Below, one piece after another: positions 37,399 through 50,747 of a stretch of 64,000 bases of DNA. The stretch is taken from contig CM039000.1 of the NCBI GenBank assembly GCA_017499595.2, positions 2,666,001 to 2,730,000 of the forward strand, in the 5' to 3' direction. The notes beneath the pieces are model-generated. The model saw nothing but the letters and a program-made list of their open reading frames with translations. It did no database searches and had not been told where the DNA came from. Both the position numbers and the translations under genes were made by a program. Position 1 is the stretch's first letter. The number at the start of each line of letters is the position of its first letter. Source of the stretch: Psilocybe cubensis. Lineage: Eukaryota.

Positions 37399-37817
37399 GG
37401 CCAGAAAGTGGAGAACTTGCCAAGATGCAACAAAGCTCTATGACAGCCTTGTTTTGCAATTCACCGCGACGAGGCAGTACAAGACAGCAGAAGGCAGAGG
37501 TTGGGAATGCTGTTAATGTGAACCAAGTTCGGGCGCACATGACGCAGCACGGCCGCCCAGACCGTGGGATTATGTGACGAATTGGTCGATGGCGGTACGA
37601 TTGACGCCCGTGAAGCTTCTCATCCATCACTCTGACTCTATCACATATGCCTTTCATCTAATTTAAGCCTTAAGATATATAAGCAGTTCACATTGTACTC
37701 GATTTCGTACTCCTTTTCCTCTCTCTTACCTCCCGAACCACGTTTGCTGCTGCTTATTGTCCACCAGGCGCTGATTTCTCAGAATCTTATCTACACACCT
37801 CTTCATAGCCGCCCATC

Positions 37818-38792
37818 ATGAGCGGTCCTTTCGTCTATGTGCCCCCGGTTAATCCAGTCAACTATCCTCCATCCCCAGTTCACTACCACAATAGTCCTTA
37901 CCTTGCCTCGTTTTACACCGACCCAAACTCCCCGTTTATCCCACCCTTATCTCTCAGTGGAAATGCCTCCCCATATCAGTCACCAAACACGCTCAATTCT
38001 CCACTACCTACCGTTCTTACACCCAATGCTGTTCCATTTCCCGCATCGTCATCCGGTTCAGCATTTGCGCCAGAAAACCCTTGGAATAGAGAACGTAGGG
38101 TATCGTGGAATGGCAGTGTCGCCGCACCCACCGTGCCAAATTCGAGTTGGCTGCAGCCTCCCATGTACCATTACCGGAGGCGGTCAGATGCAGCCGCTTT
38201 TCCTTTTCAGCAACCTGTAGACTGGACTTCCCTTTCTCCGTATGCTCCATACAGGACTGAGCTTGTGCAGCAGTCTTTCATCCACCCGCTGCTCAATGCC
38301 GAGGACCGTAGGAACGACCTTATTCTTGACATGTCCTGTCCGTCCTTTGCGCCAATGAGAAATATAGGGAACAACCAAACAGCACCCATAACTCCCGAAG
38401 AATTGAACCAGCTTGCCTTTTATCCACAGGCGTACGGCGCCCATATTTATTGCGAATTAATCCCCGATCTACCTATTGATATCAGATACAGACCCCTTCC
38501 CGGCTACTCACCGATTGCACCCCCACTTAAGGTTGGAGATATTTTGGCCGCAATATGGAATGACATGCAACTTGGGATATCGCAAGAAATGTGGGCGAGT
38601 TTAGATGAAAACCGTGAGCTTATGATTTCTCGGGCATATACGAAAAGATGTAAGATATGGGCGTCGAGAGGATTCCCGTCAATGCGCAATGCAGGTGTGA
38701 AGAAAGTCGATTGTCTACTAGGGAAAGTGTTTTTCAGGGGCCTGGTACCAACTGGGGACGAGGCTAACACTTTGAGGATGATTGTTGCGTGA
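37818..38792 (+). CDS. Intronless DUF6699-like basidiomycete protein with Pro-rich N-terminus
   Basis: 324-aa ORF; pattern IHPLL..LILDMS.P..LAFYP..LKVGDILAAIW..ISRAYTKRC..GVKKVDCLLGKVFFRGL matches my recollection of DUF6699. Confidence 0.72.
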   Translation: MSGPFVYVPPVNPVNYPPSPVHYHNSPYLASFYTDPNSPFIPPLSLSGNASPYQSPNTLNSPLPTVLTPNAVPFPASSSGSAFAPENPWNRERRVSWNGSVAAPTVPNSSWLQPPMYHYRRRSDAAAFPFQQPVDWTSLSPYAPYRTELVQQSFIHPLLNAEDRRNDLILDMSCPSFAPMRNIGNNQTAPITPEELNQLAFYPQAYGAHIYCELIPDLPIDIRYRPLPGYSPIAPPLKVGDILAAIWNDMQLGISQEMWASLDENRELMISRAYTKRCKIWASRGFPSMRNAGVKKVDCLLGKVFFRGLVPTGDEANTLRMIVA

Positions 38793-39166
38793 ATTTTGTA
38801 ACGTAGGCGAAGCCTACCTTGATGGATACCCCTGTATGCTATCTTAACATTTTTTTCGATCGGATGGAAGGTTTTTGTACAAATAGAACTGCATTGAAAA
38901 CAATTACTATCTGCCAGCAGCGACTTTATTTTTGCTTCACCGCTAATACGCTTTAGACGCCGCGAAGTATACGTGGATGTAGAGTATTTGAGGTTGTGAT
39001 TGGTTTGAACCCGAGAACAAGCACGGATTTGGAGGACCGGATGTAATTAGTAACTGTTTTTTTCCGCCGATCGCATCTTATCGCCCGACGAGTCATGTCG
39101 AAAATGAATAAAAAATTCGGACTTGTCTTCCTCACTTCACTCACTACCTCCTCGTCATAGCACAGT

Positions 39167-41449
39167 ATGTGTGGAATTTTCGCAGTTCATGGTCTTGAAA
39201 AGCCTGCCAACGACAGAGCTCGTTTCATCGCTTGTTCTAAGAAACAGCGCCACCGTGGGCCTGATTGGTCGGGTTGCTACGTCGGGCAGCAGTCGGTCTT
39301 AGTTCATGAGCGCCTTGCTATTGTCGGTGTTGGTGAGTCGAGTCACTGGATTGTAGTGCAGACCCTTCTAATGTGGACTCAGACACCGGAGCGCAGCCGT
39401 TGATCAGTGAGGACGGAAAGATCATCCTCGCTGTTAATGGAGAAATCTACAACTACATTGCTCTTCGCAACAGCGTTGGCCCTGATGTTAAATTCAAGAC
39501 GCATTCTGACTGCGAAGTTATTATCCCCCTGGTATGCATTCGTCGCGTCTTTTTCTTTCAACTCAAATCTTATCTTTCTTAATGTACAGTATCGCAAACA
39601 TGGTAAAGAATTGTGCAACATGCTCGATGGCATGTTCTCGTTTGTTCTCCTGGACGAATCCGTCACCCCTTCACGTATCATTGCTGCTCGTGATCCTATT
39701 GGGATTACTACCCTTTACCAAGGCTGGAGTTCGAAGCGTCCAGGAGCTGTATTCTTCTCTTCAGAACTCAAAGCTCTCGCCGAGGAATGCGATAAGATTA
39801 TCTCATTCCCACCTGGCCACGTTTACGACAGCCAGGATGACTCTACCACTCGTTACTTCCAACCTACCTGGTGGGGCGGAGATGTCGAAGGACCGAACGC
39901 CTCCATTCCTACATCGCCTGCTGACTTGACCCAAATCCGTGAGACCCTCGAAGCTGCCGTAAGGAAGCGCCTAATGTCGGAGGTGCCCTATGGTGTTCTT
40001 CTTAGTGGTGGACTGGACAGCAGCTTGATTGCAGCCATTGCCGCAAGAGAGACAGAGAAAGTTGCCCAGGCGCAATATGAAATTCGCAAGCGTAAGCTGC
40101 AAGAAGCCACCAGCGGACCTGCAACCCCTACAGGTCAATTGATCAACGAGGAAGGTAATTATCCAACCTCCTCATATTACGTCTCAATCCCTGGCTAATT
40201 ATTTGATGACCAGCCACCCTCGCTGCATGGCCCCAACTGCACTCCTTCTCAATCGGTCTTGAGAACTCTCCCGATCTTCTTGCGGCCAGGAAAGCTGCAC
40301 ACTTCTTGGGTACCGTACACCATGAATACGTTTTCACCGTTCAGGAAGGTTTGGATGCTATCCCTGAGGTCATTTACCATCTTGAGACGTACGATGTCAC
40401 CACCGTTCGCGCCAGTACCCCCATGTACCTCCTCAGCCGTAAGATCAAGGCTATGGGAGTCAAAATGGTTCTCAGTGGCGAAGGAAGTGACGAAATTTTT
40501 GGAGGATACCTGTACTTCCATGCCGCTCCTGACCCCGATTCCTTCCACCAAGAATGTGTGCGTCGTGTGAAGAACCTACACACTTCTGATTGTCTTCGTG
40601 CCAACAAGTAAGTGTGCTTCCGTTTATTGTTCAGTTTGCTGACTCGTTCAGGTCAACGATGGCATGGGGCTTGGAGGCACGCGTTCCCTTCCTTGATAAG
40701 GCATTCTTGGAAGTCGCTATGAACGTCGATCCCAAGCAGAAGACGTTCAGTAAGGGCTCGAGCCAAGAAGTTGACGAAGATGGCTGCCCCAAGATGGAGA
40801 AGGTATCATGTTATGCATCTAAACCAAGAGATTGTTTCGGCTCAATACGGCCTAATACTTGCAGTACATTTTGAGAAAAGCATTCGATTGCTCCCCCGAT
40901 GGCAAGGTATTACATTATTTTCTTGAAGCCTATACATTGCCCTAATTGTATCGTCCCTAAACAGCCCTATCTTCCCAAGTCGATCCTATGGCGTCAAAAA
41001 GAGCAGTTCTCAGACGGAGTCGGTTATTCATGGATTGATGGGTACGTGTTCAACATTGTTTTATCAGCAATTTCCGATTTTGACACCTAAAAATTAGCAT
41101 GAAAGAGCATGCTAGTCAGACCGTGTCCGATGAAGCCTTTGCCAAACGAGCGGAGCGATGGTCTACCGACGTTCCCGAAACCAAAGAGGCTTACCTTATT
41201 CGCGAAATTTTCGATGGTAGAATTTTTGTTGCATTCAGAAATTAATTTACCGACCCATTCATCTGCAGGATTGTTCCCTACAGAAGCGGCTGCCAGTACC
41301 GCTGTCCGGTTAGTATTTTTTTTTTTGCTCACACTCTAAATCGTTCTTAACATAACAACAGGTGGATACCTCGAGGAGACTGGGGATGTGCTTCAGATCC
41401 CAGTGGCCGTAGCGTCAGCATACACAACGCAGCGTACGGAACAGATTAA
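39167..41449 (+). CDS. ASN1: Glutamine-dependent asparagine synthetase
   Basis: Ntn N-terminus [103 protein letters not shown]. Confidence 0.97.
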
Positions 41450-41822
41450 ATTGTCAAATTTAAAAGAACAAAAAGGAGTGTGGTGTTAATGTACAATGGA
41501 ATCTATTTGGAAAGTTTCGTAAATACTGAGAATTGCAATATGGTAAAGATGGTTTTCGATGAGTGAATCAAAGTGAAAGAAAAGAAGCATTTCCTTGTTT
41601 CATTGAATCAATCGATAGAAATTAACGAGGGTAACGTCAAACACTTTGGACATGATCATAAAAATAGGCGTGAATGATTAGAACGAAGAGAGCGAGAGAG
41701 AACGACGAGAAAAAAAAATGAGAATGAAGTGCTGATGGGAATAATGAGGGTAATATTGTAGGTGGGGGATATATGGGGAGAACACTGAATCAGAATGTGC
41801 GGGTGTGCAGTCTTGCCGTTTC

Positions 41823-44800
41823 TCAGGAGGTATCATTGAAAGAGGGATCCTTAGCGAGCATCTGTCGGTACAAGCCAACACCAGAATCTTCGGATGGGGC
41901 AGGGGATGCAACTGGATTTTTAGGCGAGGCGATAGGGGTTCTCGTGGCCGGGCTTACTTGCGAAGGATTGCGGGTACGTTTAGTAGTGGGATTAGGAATA
42001 GGAGTTCGGGTGCTAGTATCCCAAGCAGGTCGTGTGATAGTTGCTCGGGCATAATTAGGCCCTTCATCAGAAGGTGGTGGTGGCCGGCGTGGTGTCGGCG
42101 TTGTTGTGGTTCTGCGGCTCGACGGTGGGCGGGGATTATGTGAGGAGCCATCCGATACCAGTCGTGTCCCAAACTTGGCATTTGCGGATGATTCTCTGCC
42201 ATACGAAGCTACCCCGCCACCTCTTCGTGGATTTACTCCTGCCCGCCCTTTCAACACAGGTTTTTGAACCGTTACTTTGTCTGCTCCCCAATACGAGAAA
42301 CTCATTTTGCTCTTCTTGTCAGAGTCATCGGAGTCATCGTCGTTATTTTCGTCATCATCCGGTAAGGGCACAATCCTAGGTTGACTAGATAAAGCTTGGG
42401 CTCGAGATTTAGCCATGCTAGAAACCAACATGTCAGATAAATATGTGATGATTTTGTGAGAGATTAGACTTACTCTTCCATTGCAACCACACCTTCGCGA
42501 GGTTGCAAGACATTTCCAATATCCCAAGTTTCAATCTGAACATAACATCAGCGAAATACAAAGGAGAACAATTCGACAATAAAATACCCACCTTAATAAA
42601 TTTATACATATTACGGGGTTTAGTTGCTGAGTTGCGGCGGCCAGTGGTAGCATACTTTGCCTTTCCTTGGAACTCTGGCAATGAATTTGTGCGCGAATTG
42701 GTTGATGCAACTAGCGGTAACGATGTTGTGCCTATGCGCTGACATTGTAATACAACATCGTTGAAAATGACAAACCAAAGGTCTTTCTTGCCGCCCACAC
42801 CGTTGGACGAAAGAACGTCACTAAGGCGTTTGAAAGACGATTTCCCTCTGATTGCTTTCCCGTTATTAATAGGTGGCGGCGATGCTGGCTTTGGGTTAAC
42901 GTTGACGGGACCAAGACCAAGCGAACACGACCTCTCTTCCAGCAGGACACGCGAAGGCTTAGGCAATGCAACTTGTCGAACTTTGTCCAACCCTTCAATG
43001 CGGGCAAAGACATCTCTTGTCTTATCACGCTCTTCCTTTTGAATTTTCTCGTCCTCAATACTCCTGACGATATTTTCCACTTCCGCAACCATCTGTAAAG
43101 TACTCTCGTACTCAAACGTACTGGGATCCGTATGAAAGAGCAGATTTTGGAACAACAGTGGGTATTTCAGCAACCTTTGGAAGGGTTTAGACAAGGTGAT
43201 GGCCAAACCCGTCTCGCCTTTATCGGATGCGTTCTCCTCTAATTTTTGGAGAAACTTGCAAACTTTTTGCCATTCTCCAACATCCTGTTTCTTGGGTTTC
43301 TTCGTAGAAACATTTGAAAGAGCAGCATCGACTTGTTCAAGGGCGCGCTCCAAGTGAAGGACATATGTGGCATAACCATGGAAAATGTCCGACTAATTAT
43401 TTACTCGTTAGTGACAAGATAAATAATTTGGTCAGATAAGAGTACTTACATTTGACACGAAAACATCTGCAAGTGACCGCACTAGCGGGAACTGATCATC
43501 ATAACGCTTTTTAAGAGCTTCTGACAATCGCTTATGGCCATCAAACACACCGCTATCAATCACTTCTAGACAAATACGTAGATCTTCTGGAAGTTGATGT
43601 GGAGCGATTGTGTTTCCAAGAACTACTTCTGTGGCCGTTTGGCTGCGTCTGAATTTCTTGAGCATACCTTTCTGCGGTGAATCCGATTGACCTTGACTGA
43701 ATTTACGATCGCGTTCTCGTTCCCGCTCTCGCTCACGTTCAATGAGCAGTGATTGTCGACCCAGCGAATGTGTGGAGGTTGACAATGGGTTGCGGGGAGC
43801 AGGAGGGAGAGACATATGTGAACGAGAAGGAAATGGGACCGAAACACCACTCGCACGACCACCAGAACGCGTTGCCGTAATGCGATACGGCGAACGTGGA
43901 TGGTCAGTACTTGTTCCTGGCCTTCTGGAAGTGTCGTACAATGTCCCTGCTCTATCACCAGCCTCATCATCTTCGTCAGTTTCCAGTGATTCCCCATCGA
44001 TCACAGGAGCGTCTCTAGGTCGGGGAGAAGCAGAGCTCTGAGGGCGATTCACGGTGGACGGTGGATTCATTGAGGGTGTTGGAGACATGAATCGTGCAGC
44101 GATGGGGGGAAGATCGTCGGTGGATTCAAATGGCGACTCTGAACGGTAATAATCGTAATCCAAATTTGGGGTGGAGGCAGCAGAAGCAGCAGTCATTGAA
44201 TAAGGGTGAAGTAATGGATCAATAAAGGTATCTTTCATTTTGACGAGCTCTTGAACATATCTTTAGTTGGAAGATGAATGTATGCATTTTGTGATGATAA
44301 CGTTGTTTTCGCACCTTTCTTCACTGGAAATAATTTCGAACAACACTTCCTGTCGTGTACGCTCACGCATACCGAGGTTCGAAACTAGATCATCTTCTGT
44401 TACCTCACTCCATGACTGAGCAGCGAGAATTCGACTTCCGCTGGTGTTGGCGGACATTTGTGAATAGGGAGTGCCAGAGCGAAGAGACTGAGATGAACCT
44501 TCAATAGGTTTCTGAATGTAAGGAGAGGAATTGCGAGCGGAAGGAGCTTTTACAGGTTGTTTACTTGTAGTTGCAACATCAACTTTGGAAGATGAACCTC
44601 CACTCGAGATAGAGCCGCGTGGTTCCTTGCCATACACAGCCTGGAAACGCGACACCGTCGTTTTGAGGGGTACAGGTGTTGGGGTCGAAGCAGCAGCAGC
44701 AGCAGGTGCATCAGGAAGGGCTCGTTCGAAATCGACTGGTGTCTGAGGAGGAGATAAGAAAGCTACTTTCTTCTGCACATCTGCTGCTGCGCTGATACTC

Positions 44801-45198
44801 ACGGAGCCATTTGTTTTTCGAGAGCTCCGTCCTGCTGATTCCGAAGTAGTTCCAGATGATTCCTGAGAGGCCTCTTCTGCCTGCAATGGGATCGGTGCTT
44901 GTTTTGGAGAAGAAGCGCTGCCATTGGATGTGTGATTATGAGATGGGGAGGGGGAAGGATCATGAATTGGGGGCAATGGACGAGTAGAGAGCTGGGAGGA
45001 TAGCTGGGCAGGAACAAGCTCGGGAAGGGGCTTCAAGGAGGCTACAGAAGGGACCGTTGCAGTTGAGGTGGGCCTTGGGGTCTCCTGGGGGGGCCAAGAA
45101 GGTAGAGGGGGAAATTTCTCTTTTGGAGCATTGACAGAGTCCCGATCCTTGTCCTTAGCCCCACCGCCTAGGTGAAGGCGATGGAAAAAAGCCTTCAT
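41823..45198 (-). CDS. Rho guanine nucleotide exchange factor (DH domain plus PH-like domain)
   Basis: RERTRQEVLFEIISSEER|YVQELVKMKDTFIDPL; LSKPFQRLLKYPLLFQNLLFHT; KDLWFVIFNDVVLQCQR; MYKFIK. Confidence 0.85.
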
Positions 45199-46276
45199 GT
45201 AATGGCAGGAGGGAAGCCTGTTGAAAGAAATTAGCTACAGACGGGTGGGGTGTGGGCGATGGAAAAAACGACGAACTGAGTAGTTTGGGAACGAGAACAA
45301 CGGTGCGCGAGGAAACCACGAGGACGACAAGCACTTGTGGTTGCCCCTGCAACATCCTCTGATCCAAACAAGTCCTAACTTTCTCCTTGCACATGTCTTC
45401 TCAGCCGGCACACTAGCCTCGCGAGCCAGGCCTTCTGTGAATCTCGTCTCTTTTCTAGATAAGGCAGGTACCGAGTAATATGTTTGCACAAATGTTGTCT
45501 TTATTTATGTCGTCAAACATTGATCGGAGTGCGAAAAGAGAGAGATTCACAGAAGGCCTGGGACAAACGGTTCGGATTTGAGGGAATCCTCGTTTTGTGA
45601 CTCGGACTTAGTGAAAAAAACGCGATTTGCCTCAACAACAACCTTCCACAACTTAAAAAAAAGTTGTCTACAGAATCATTTAGATAGGTTTCTTTTATAA
45701 TAAAATTCATTTTTACAAGGTCACGAAAAAAAAAATTTTTGAGAAAAAAATGACTTGTAATTTGAGCCGAAAAATCATATATCATGGCGCAGGTGAACTG
45801 CTTCTAAGATTAGATGGCAGGTCCGGGCGGTCAATGAACCCAGTCTCTGCAGATGAAACAGACAATGAAAGGGACATACTTGCACATCTCACCTCCATCA
45901 AAAGTGAACCTCTGGATACCCAGATTGTCCCAAATGCAGTCTCTACATCCTCTGTAGATTCAAATCATGCTTCAGCTTCAGACAGTATGGGCGAGTCTAG
46001 CATGCAGGGTTTGACCTTGACATGGATCTTGAGGAAATAGAGGAAGAGTACGATGTTATTGAGGATTCAGAGGATTCAGAATTCGAGGGGGAGGGGGACG
46101 GGTAGTGGTCGCAATCGAGTACGACGCGGTAGTTGGTGACGTAGTTGTTCGAATTTCACCAAGTCCGACGTGACAAAGCGTGACTCTGCCAAAACCGAAC
46201 CGTTTGGCCCAGCCGTTTCTGACGAAACCGAGCGGAGCTCGAAATATGCTGAGTCAGAAACGACTGGTGTGCGAGC

Positions 46277-47127
46277 CTACCGGCACACCTCACAAAGCAC
46301 ATTTCCACCCTTTCCTACTCCTTCGCCGCTTCTACCTTCGCCTTATCCCAGCTAGCTGATGGTGTCTCCAACGGAACCGCTCTCTGGCTGGGCGGACAGT
46401 GTCTTGCTCTCTATCTTCTCCAGATGCACACCAAGTACAAACCTGCTAGTTCATCACATCCGCCTCGAGCCATTGAACTTGGAAGTGGCATAGGCTTGAC
46501 TGCGTGCGTCGTCTTTGTTAGCATTACCGCTAACGTTACTCATATGGTTGCTTTACTAGACTGGCACTGAGTTCTCTTGGTTGGGATGTACTCGCCACGG
46601 ACATTTCGCATGTGATCTCTTCTGTTCTCGAGAAGAACATCAAGAACAACCTTCCAGCTCTCCCAATGGGTTCTGGATTGATCCAAATGAGAGAGCTTGA
46701 CTGGTCAGTCCCTCCAGATAAATGGACATGGGATCATGAGCTTGCAGTTGCATCGCCGTCCGCCCTGCCGCCCGCGGGAGGATCTTCGGCCCTACTGCGC
46801 CCACCTTTCGATCTTATTTTCTCCGCAGACACGGTCTACGCGACTGAACTAGTTGAACCTATGTTACGCACTCTTCATGCACTAAGTACAATGTCGGCTT
46901 CGATGTCTGGTCATCATTTCCCGCCAATCTTACTTTGCATCGAACGCCGCGATCCCCAACTTGTTGACAGTCTTCTAGCGAGTGCCAAGGACAAATGGAA
47001 TTTCTCAGTGGAAAGGATTCCACATAAGAAGATTGTCAAAGCCGTGGAGAAAGGTGTTCAATGGGACCGAGCGGAATGGGAGGACGTTGAAATTTGGAAA
47101 CTCAGGTTGCATGAATCGCGATCTTGA
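46277..47127 (+). CDS. SAM-dependent protein-lysine methyltransferase (METTL21/Efm-like, Methyltransf_16); start codon unresolved
   Basis: LPAHLTKH..SNGTALWLGGQCL; motif I AIELGSGIGLTA|LAL..GWDVLATD; RELDW; FDLIFSADTVY; ERRD. Confidence 0.78.
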
Positions 47128-47223
47128 CCTGTAGCCATCTCTTTCCGAGTGCGTAAGTATATTCATCTAATGGCAATACACTACGTTCCATTTAAAAAAA
47201 TGATACATTGTGGCGGTATGTTA

Positions 47224-47784
47224 TCAACTCGACGTCAAGTTGAGATTTTTGTCGAAGCCATGCGATTGCTATGAGAAAAATAAATTTTCGAATTGTGTTG
47301 GTATTGGTCAAGTTTCTTACCAGATCTTTCCAGGTTTCTGCTTCATCATTCTCTGTTTGCAGCTGATAAAGTTGTAGGAATCCCCTGAATCTAGTAAATC
47401 AACAAAGATGGTAAGAACTCTGCATAGATGAGTCGTTTCACTGCCATACGTCAGGTTCCCGTCGTCAGTCACGTCGAAGGACTCGACGACCTCTTCTTTA
47501 GTTTCTTCTGAGAACGGTTCTCCATTCGTGTCGCGTGCCCATTTCTGGAGTCCCTCGTCGGAAAGGTAAGCGTTTTCAGGCGGAGTAAGGAGGGGTCCTG
47601 ATGTTCTTTCGGGGGCAGGCGTGCAATATTTGGCAAAAATATGCTGCAGACAGATCACTAGCTGACATTCGATTGGTTAGACGAGCGATGATCAAAACAG
47701 CTGAAATCGCACCTTGTCTGTGATACCACCCTCGTCATCCAGTAAAAGAGAAGTGTTAGTCTGTGCCGTTTGTTCCTCTGCCAT
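47224..47784 (-). CDS. Small EF-hand-like protein
   Basis: Four exons: LQHIFAKYC..LSDEGLQKWARDTNGEPF..FDVTDDGNLT|FRGFLQLYQLQTENDEAETWKDL|QSHGFDKNL; EF-loop DVTDDGNLTFRGF. Confidence 0.75.
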
Positions 47785-47909
47785 TGGATTAGATACAAGG
47801 AAGAAATTGAAAGGGAATTGAGAGTGAATTTGAAGCGATGCCCTAAAAAGGCAATCGATACCTGATCACAAACCCTCCTCCGCTTGCCGCTTCTTCCTTG
47901 AACATTACC

Positions 47910-50747
47910 ATGAACGGACATCGTTCAGAACCGCTCTCAATAGAGAACCTTCTTCAAAAACAAAGGGAGGAAAAAGAGGCTGCATCCAAGGTGTGTGACA
48001 TGTAGCCTCGTATCTCTAGTTAATGGTGTTGACAAGTACAATGACAGCCTAAATTCTTGACTAAAGAGGAGCGTGCTAAGCTTGCAATAGCTAAGAGAGC
48101 TCAGGAAATCAAAGAGGAACGAGAGAGGAATGAAGCCGCTCGTCGGGACCGCGAAGCGCTAGAACGAGAGGCGGAGGAGCTCGCTCAGCGCGAGAGGAAC
48201 AGTAGGTACGGTGGCGGAGGAAGCAGCGGCGGTCGATGTTAGTGCTTTCAGAACTTTTCTCCAGTGGGTTTCGTTCTTACTCGGTCTCTTTTCTCTTTTT
48301 TTCTATTTCCACACTGCAGACCAAGATCGATATCAAGACCGAGATAGCAGGGATAATAGAGATGGTAGGGGGGATCGAGGGGGGAGGAAAGACCGAGAGG
48401 CGCCTCGAGGTGGCAGACCTTCAGCGCAAGACGACAGACGCACTCGCGACGGGTACCAAAACGTACCCACCGGGCCTCGCGCTGAACGAGCAAAGACATC
48501 TAATGGCTCTACAGACGTTGCCATGTCCAACTCGATGCCTCCGCCTCCAGCGCCGACCTCTGATCTCACTAACGATTCCGAGTCATACGTACCCCCAATG
48601 ACTGACAACGATATTTCCGCTATCCGGTCCCGGTATCTTGGTGTTGACAAAAAGAAGCGGAAAATCCGCAAAATGAACGATAGGAAGTTTGTCTTTGACT
48701 GGGATACGCAGGATGACACCTTTACCGACGATTCACCCGTAGCCGTTGGAAGCAATCGTCAGGGTGCTCAAGTCATGTTTGGACGAGGAAGGTTGGCGGG
48801 AATGGACGATGGTGGGGGTAGTGGCCCGCGGAAGAGCTCGAGTACGGCTAATGGTGTTCAGTTGGCGGATGCAATGGAACGCAGGAATGCTGCCAAAGCT
48901 GGATACGACGATAGACATTGGACAGAGAAACCTCTTTCAGAGATGAAAGAACGCGACTGGCGTATCTTTAGGGAGGATTTCAGTATATCCGCCAGAGGTA
49001 CGAATACTTTTGTTTGTGTTGTCTTTTTGGCCTTACATTATTTGCGCAGGCGGTGCTATCCCTCATCCTCTACGTTCTTGGAAAGAATCTACTATTCCAG
49101 AGGCAATATTGGAATGTATTGAGCGTATAGGTTACAAAGAACCGTCGCCCATTCAGAGACAAGCCATCCCTATTGGACTCCAGAACCGCGATATCATCGG
49201 TATCGCCGAAACAGGTCGGTTCACAACCTCGCGCATGATGCATGGCACACTCATATCTTTCTAGGTTCGGGTAAAACTGCAGCTTTCGTTATCCCTATGC
49301 TGGCTTTCATTTCAAACCTGCCGCCCTTTACTGACGAAATCCGCCATCTCGGTCCATATGCCCTGATCATGGCACCGACGCGTGAATTGGCGCAGCAAAT
49401 TGAAAGCGAAGCACGCAAGTTTGCCTCACCTCTAGGATTCAGGTGTGTTTCTATTGTTGGAGGAGTGCGTAATAAATTTATTTGTGCATCGTGGTCAATT
49501 TCACTAAAACAAATATTACGTGTTTTTTTAGCGCGCGGTCGAAGAACAACAATTTAATCTTCGAGAGGGTGCTGAAATCATTATTGCTACCCCCGGTCGT
49601 TTGAAGGATGTCATCGAGCGCCGTGTTTTAGTCTTGTCGCAATGTCGATATGTAGTGATGGACGAAGCGGACCGCATGGTGCATCTCGGATTCGAGAATG
49701 ACCTGACCTTTATCCTTGATGCGCTCCCTAGCGAAACGATGCAAGGAGAAGACCAGGGAGAGCAAATGGACGTGGACGGAGAGACGCTTGTGAAAAAGGG
49801 ACGTACTCGTGTGACCACGCTGTTCTCGGCCACGATGCCAGCTGCTGTGGAACGCCTTGCGCGGAAATATCTGAAAAAACCTGCCGTAATTACGATCGGT
49901 GAGGCAGGACGTGCGGTGGATACGGTCGAACAACGTGTGGAGTTTGTCAACGGAGAAGAAAAGAAGAAGTGGGTGGTTGCGAATTGTGTGTTACGGAATG
50001 CTGATTTGTTTTACTTTTTTCAGGCAAAAGTTGCTGGAAATTCTCAACAGCGGGCTGTACGCATCCCCTATTATCGTGTTTGTCAACCAAAAGAAGACGG
50101 CAGATATGGTTGCCAAAGATCTATCCCGGGCAGGCGTAAGTGGTCTAGTTGTTGACGTTAGTCTACATTATTTTTAACGTAAATTCCCAAAGTGGAGCGC
50201 TGCAACGCTGCATTCAGGCAAAAATCAAGAACAGCGAGAGGCGTCACTGCAATCGTTGCGCAGTGGCGAATCGGATGTTCTCGTGGCTACAGATCTGGCG
50301 GGACGTGGTATCGATGTGCAGGACGTTAGTTTGGTTATCAATTTCCAGATGGCGAGCACAATTGAAGCCTACGTGCATCGTATCGGTATGGGGATTCTTT
50401 CTAGAATATACTGTAAGCTCATGGACCACAGGGCGTACTGGACGCGCTGGTAAGATGGGAGTGGCGATTACGTTCCTTACAAACGATGATGATGAAGTCA
50501 TGTGGGTATAATTTTCTCCAGATAGATGGGCTATTCTGATAACATTGTTCTGTTTGTTCAGGTACGATTTGAGACAAGGTACGAATGAGCCATGTGTTTA
50601 TTGTATATCAATATTGATTAGTATTACACAGAAATTTCCAAGAGCCCAGTATCGAAAGTGCCACCCGAGCTGGCTAAACACGAAGCGGCGCAACATAAAG
50701 TGTCGCGGGAGATGAAGCGCAAGCGGGATGCGGACGATCTCGGATAG
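47910..50747 (+). CDS. PRP28: Pre-mRNA-splicing DEAD-box helicase Prp28/DDX23
   Basis: [90 protein letters not shown]; 17-nt micro-exon 50562-50578. Confidence 0.95.
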
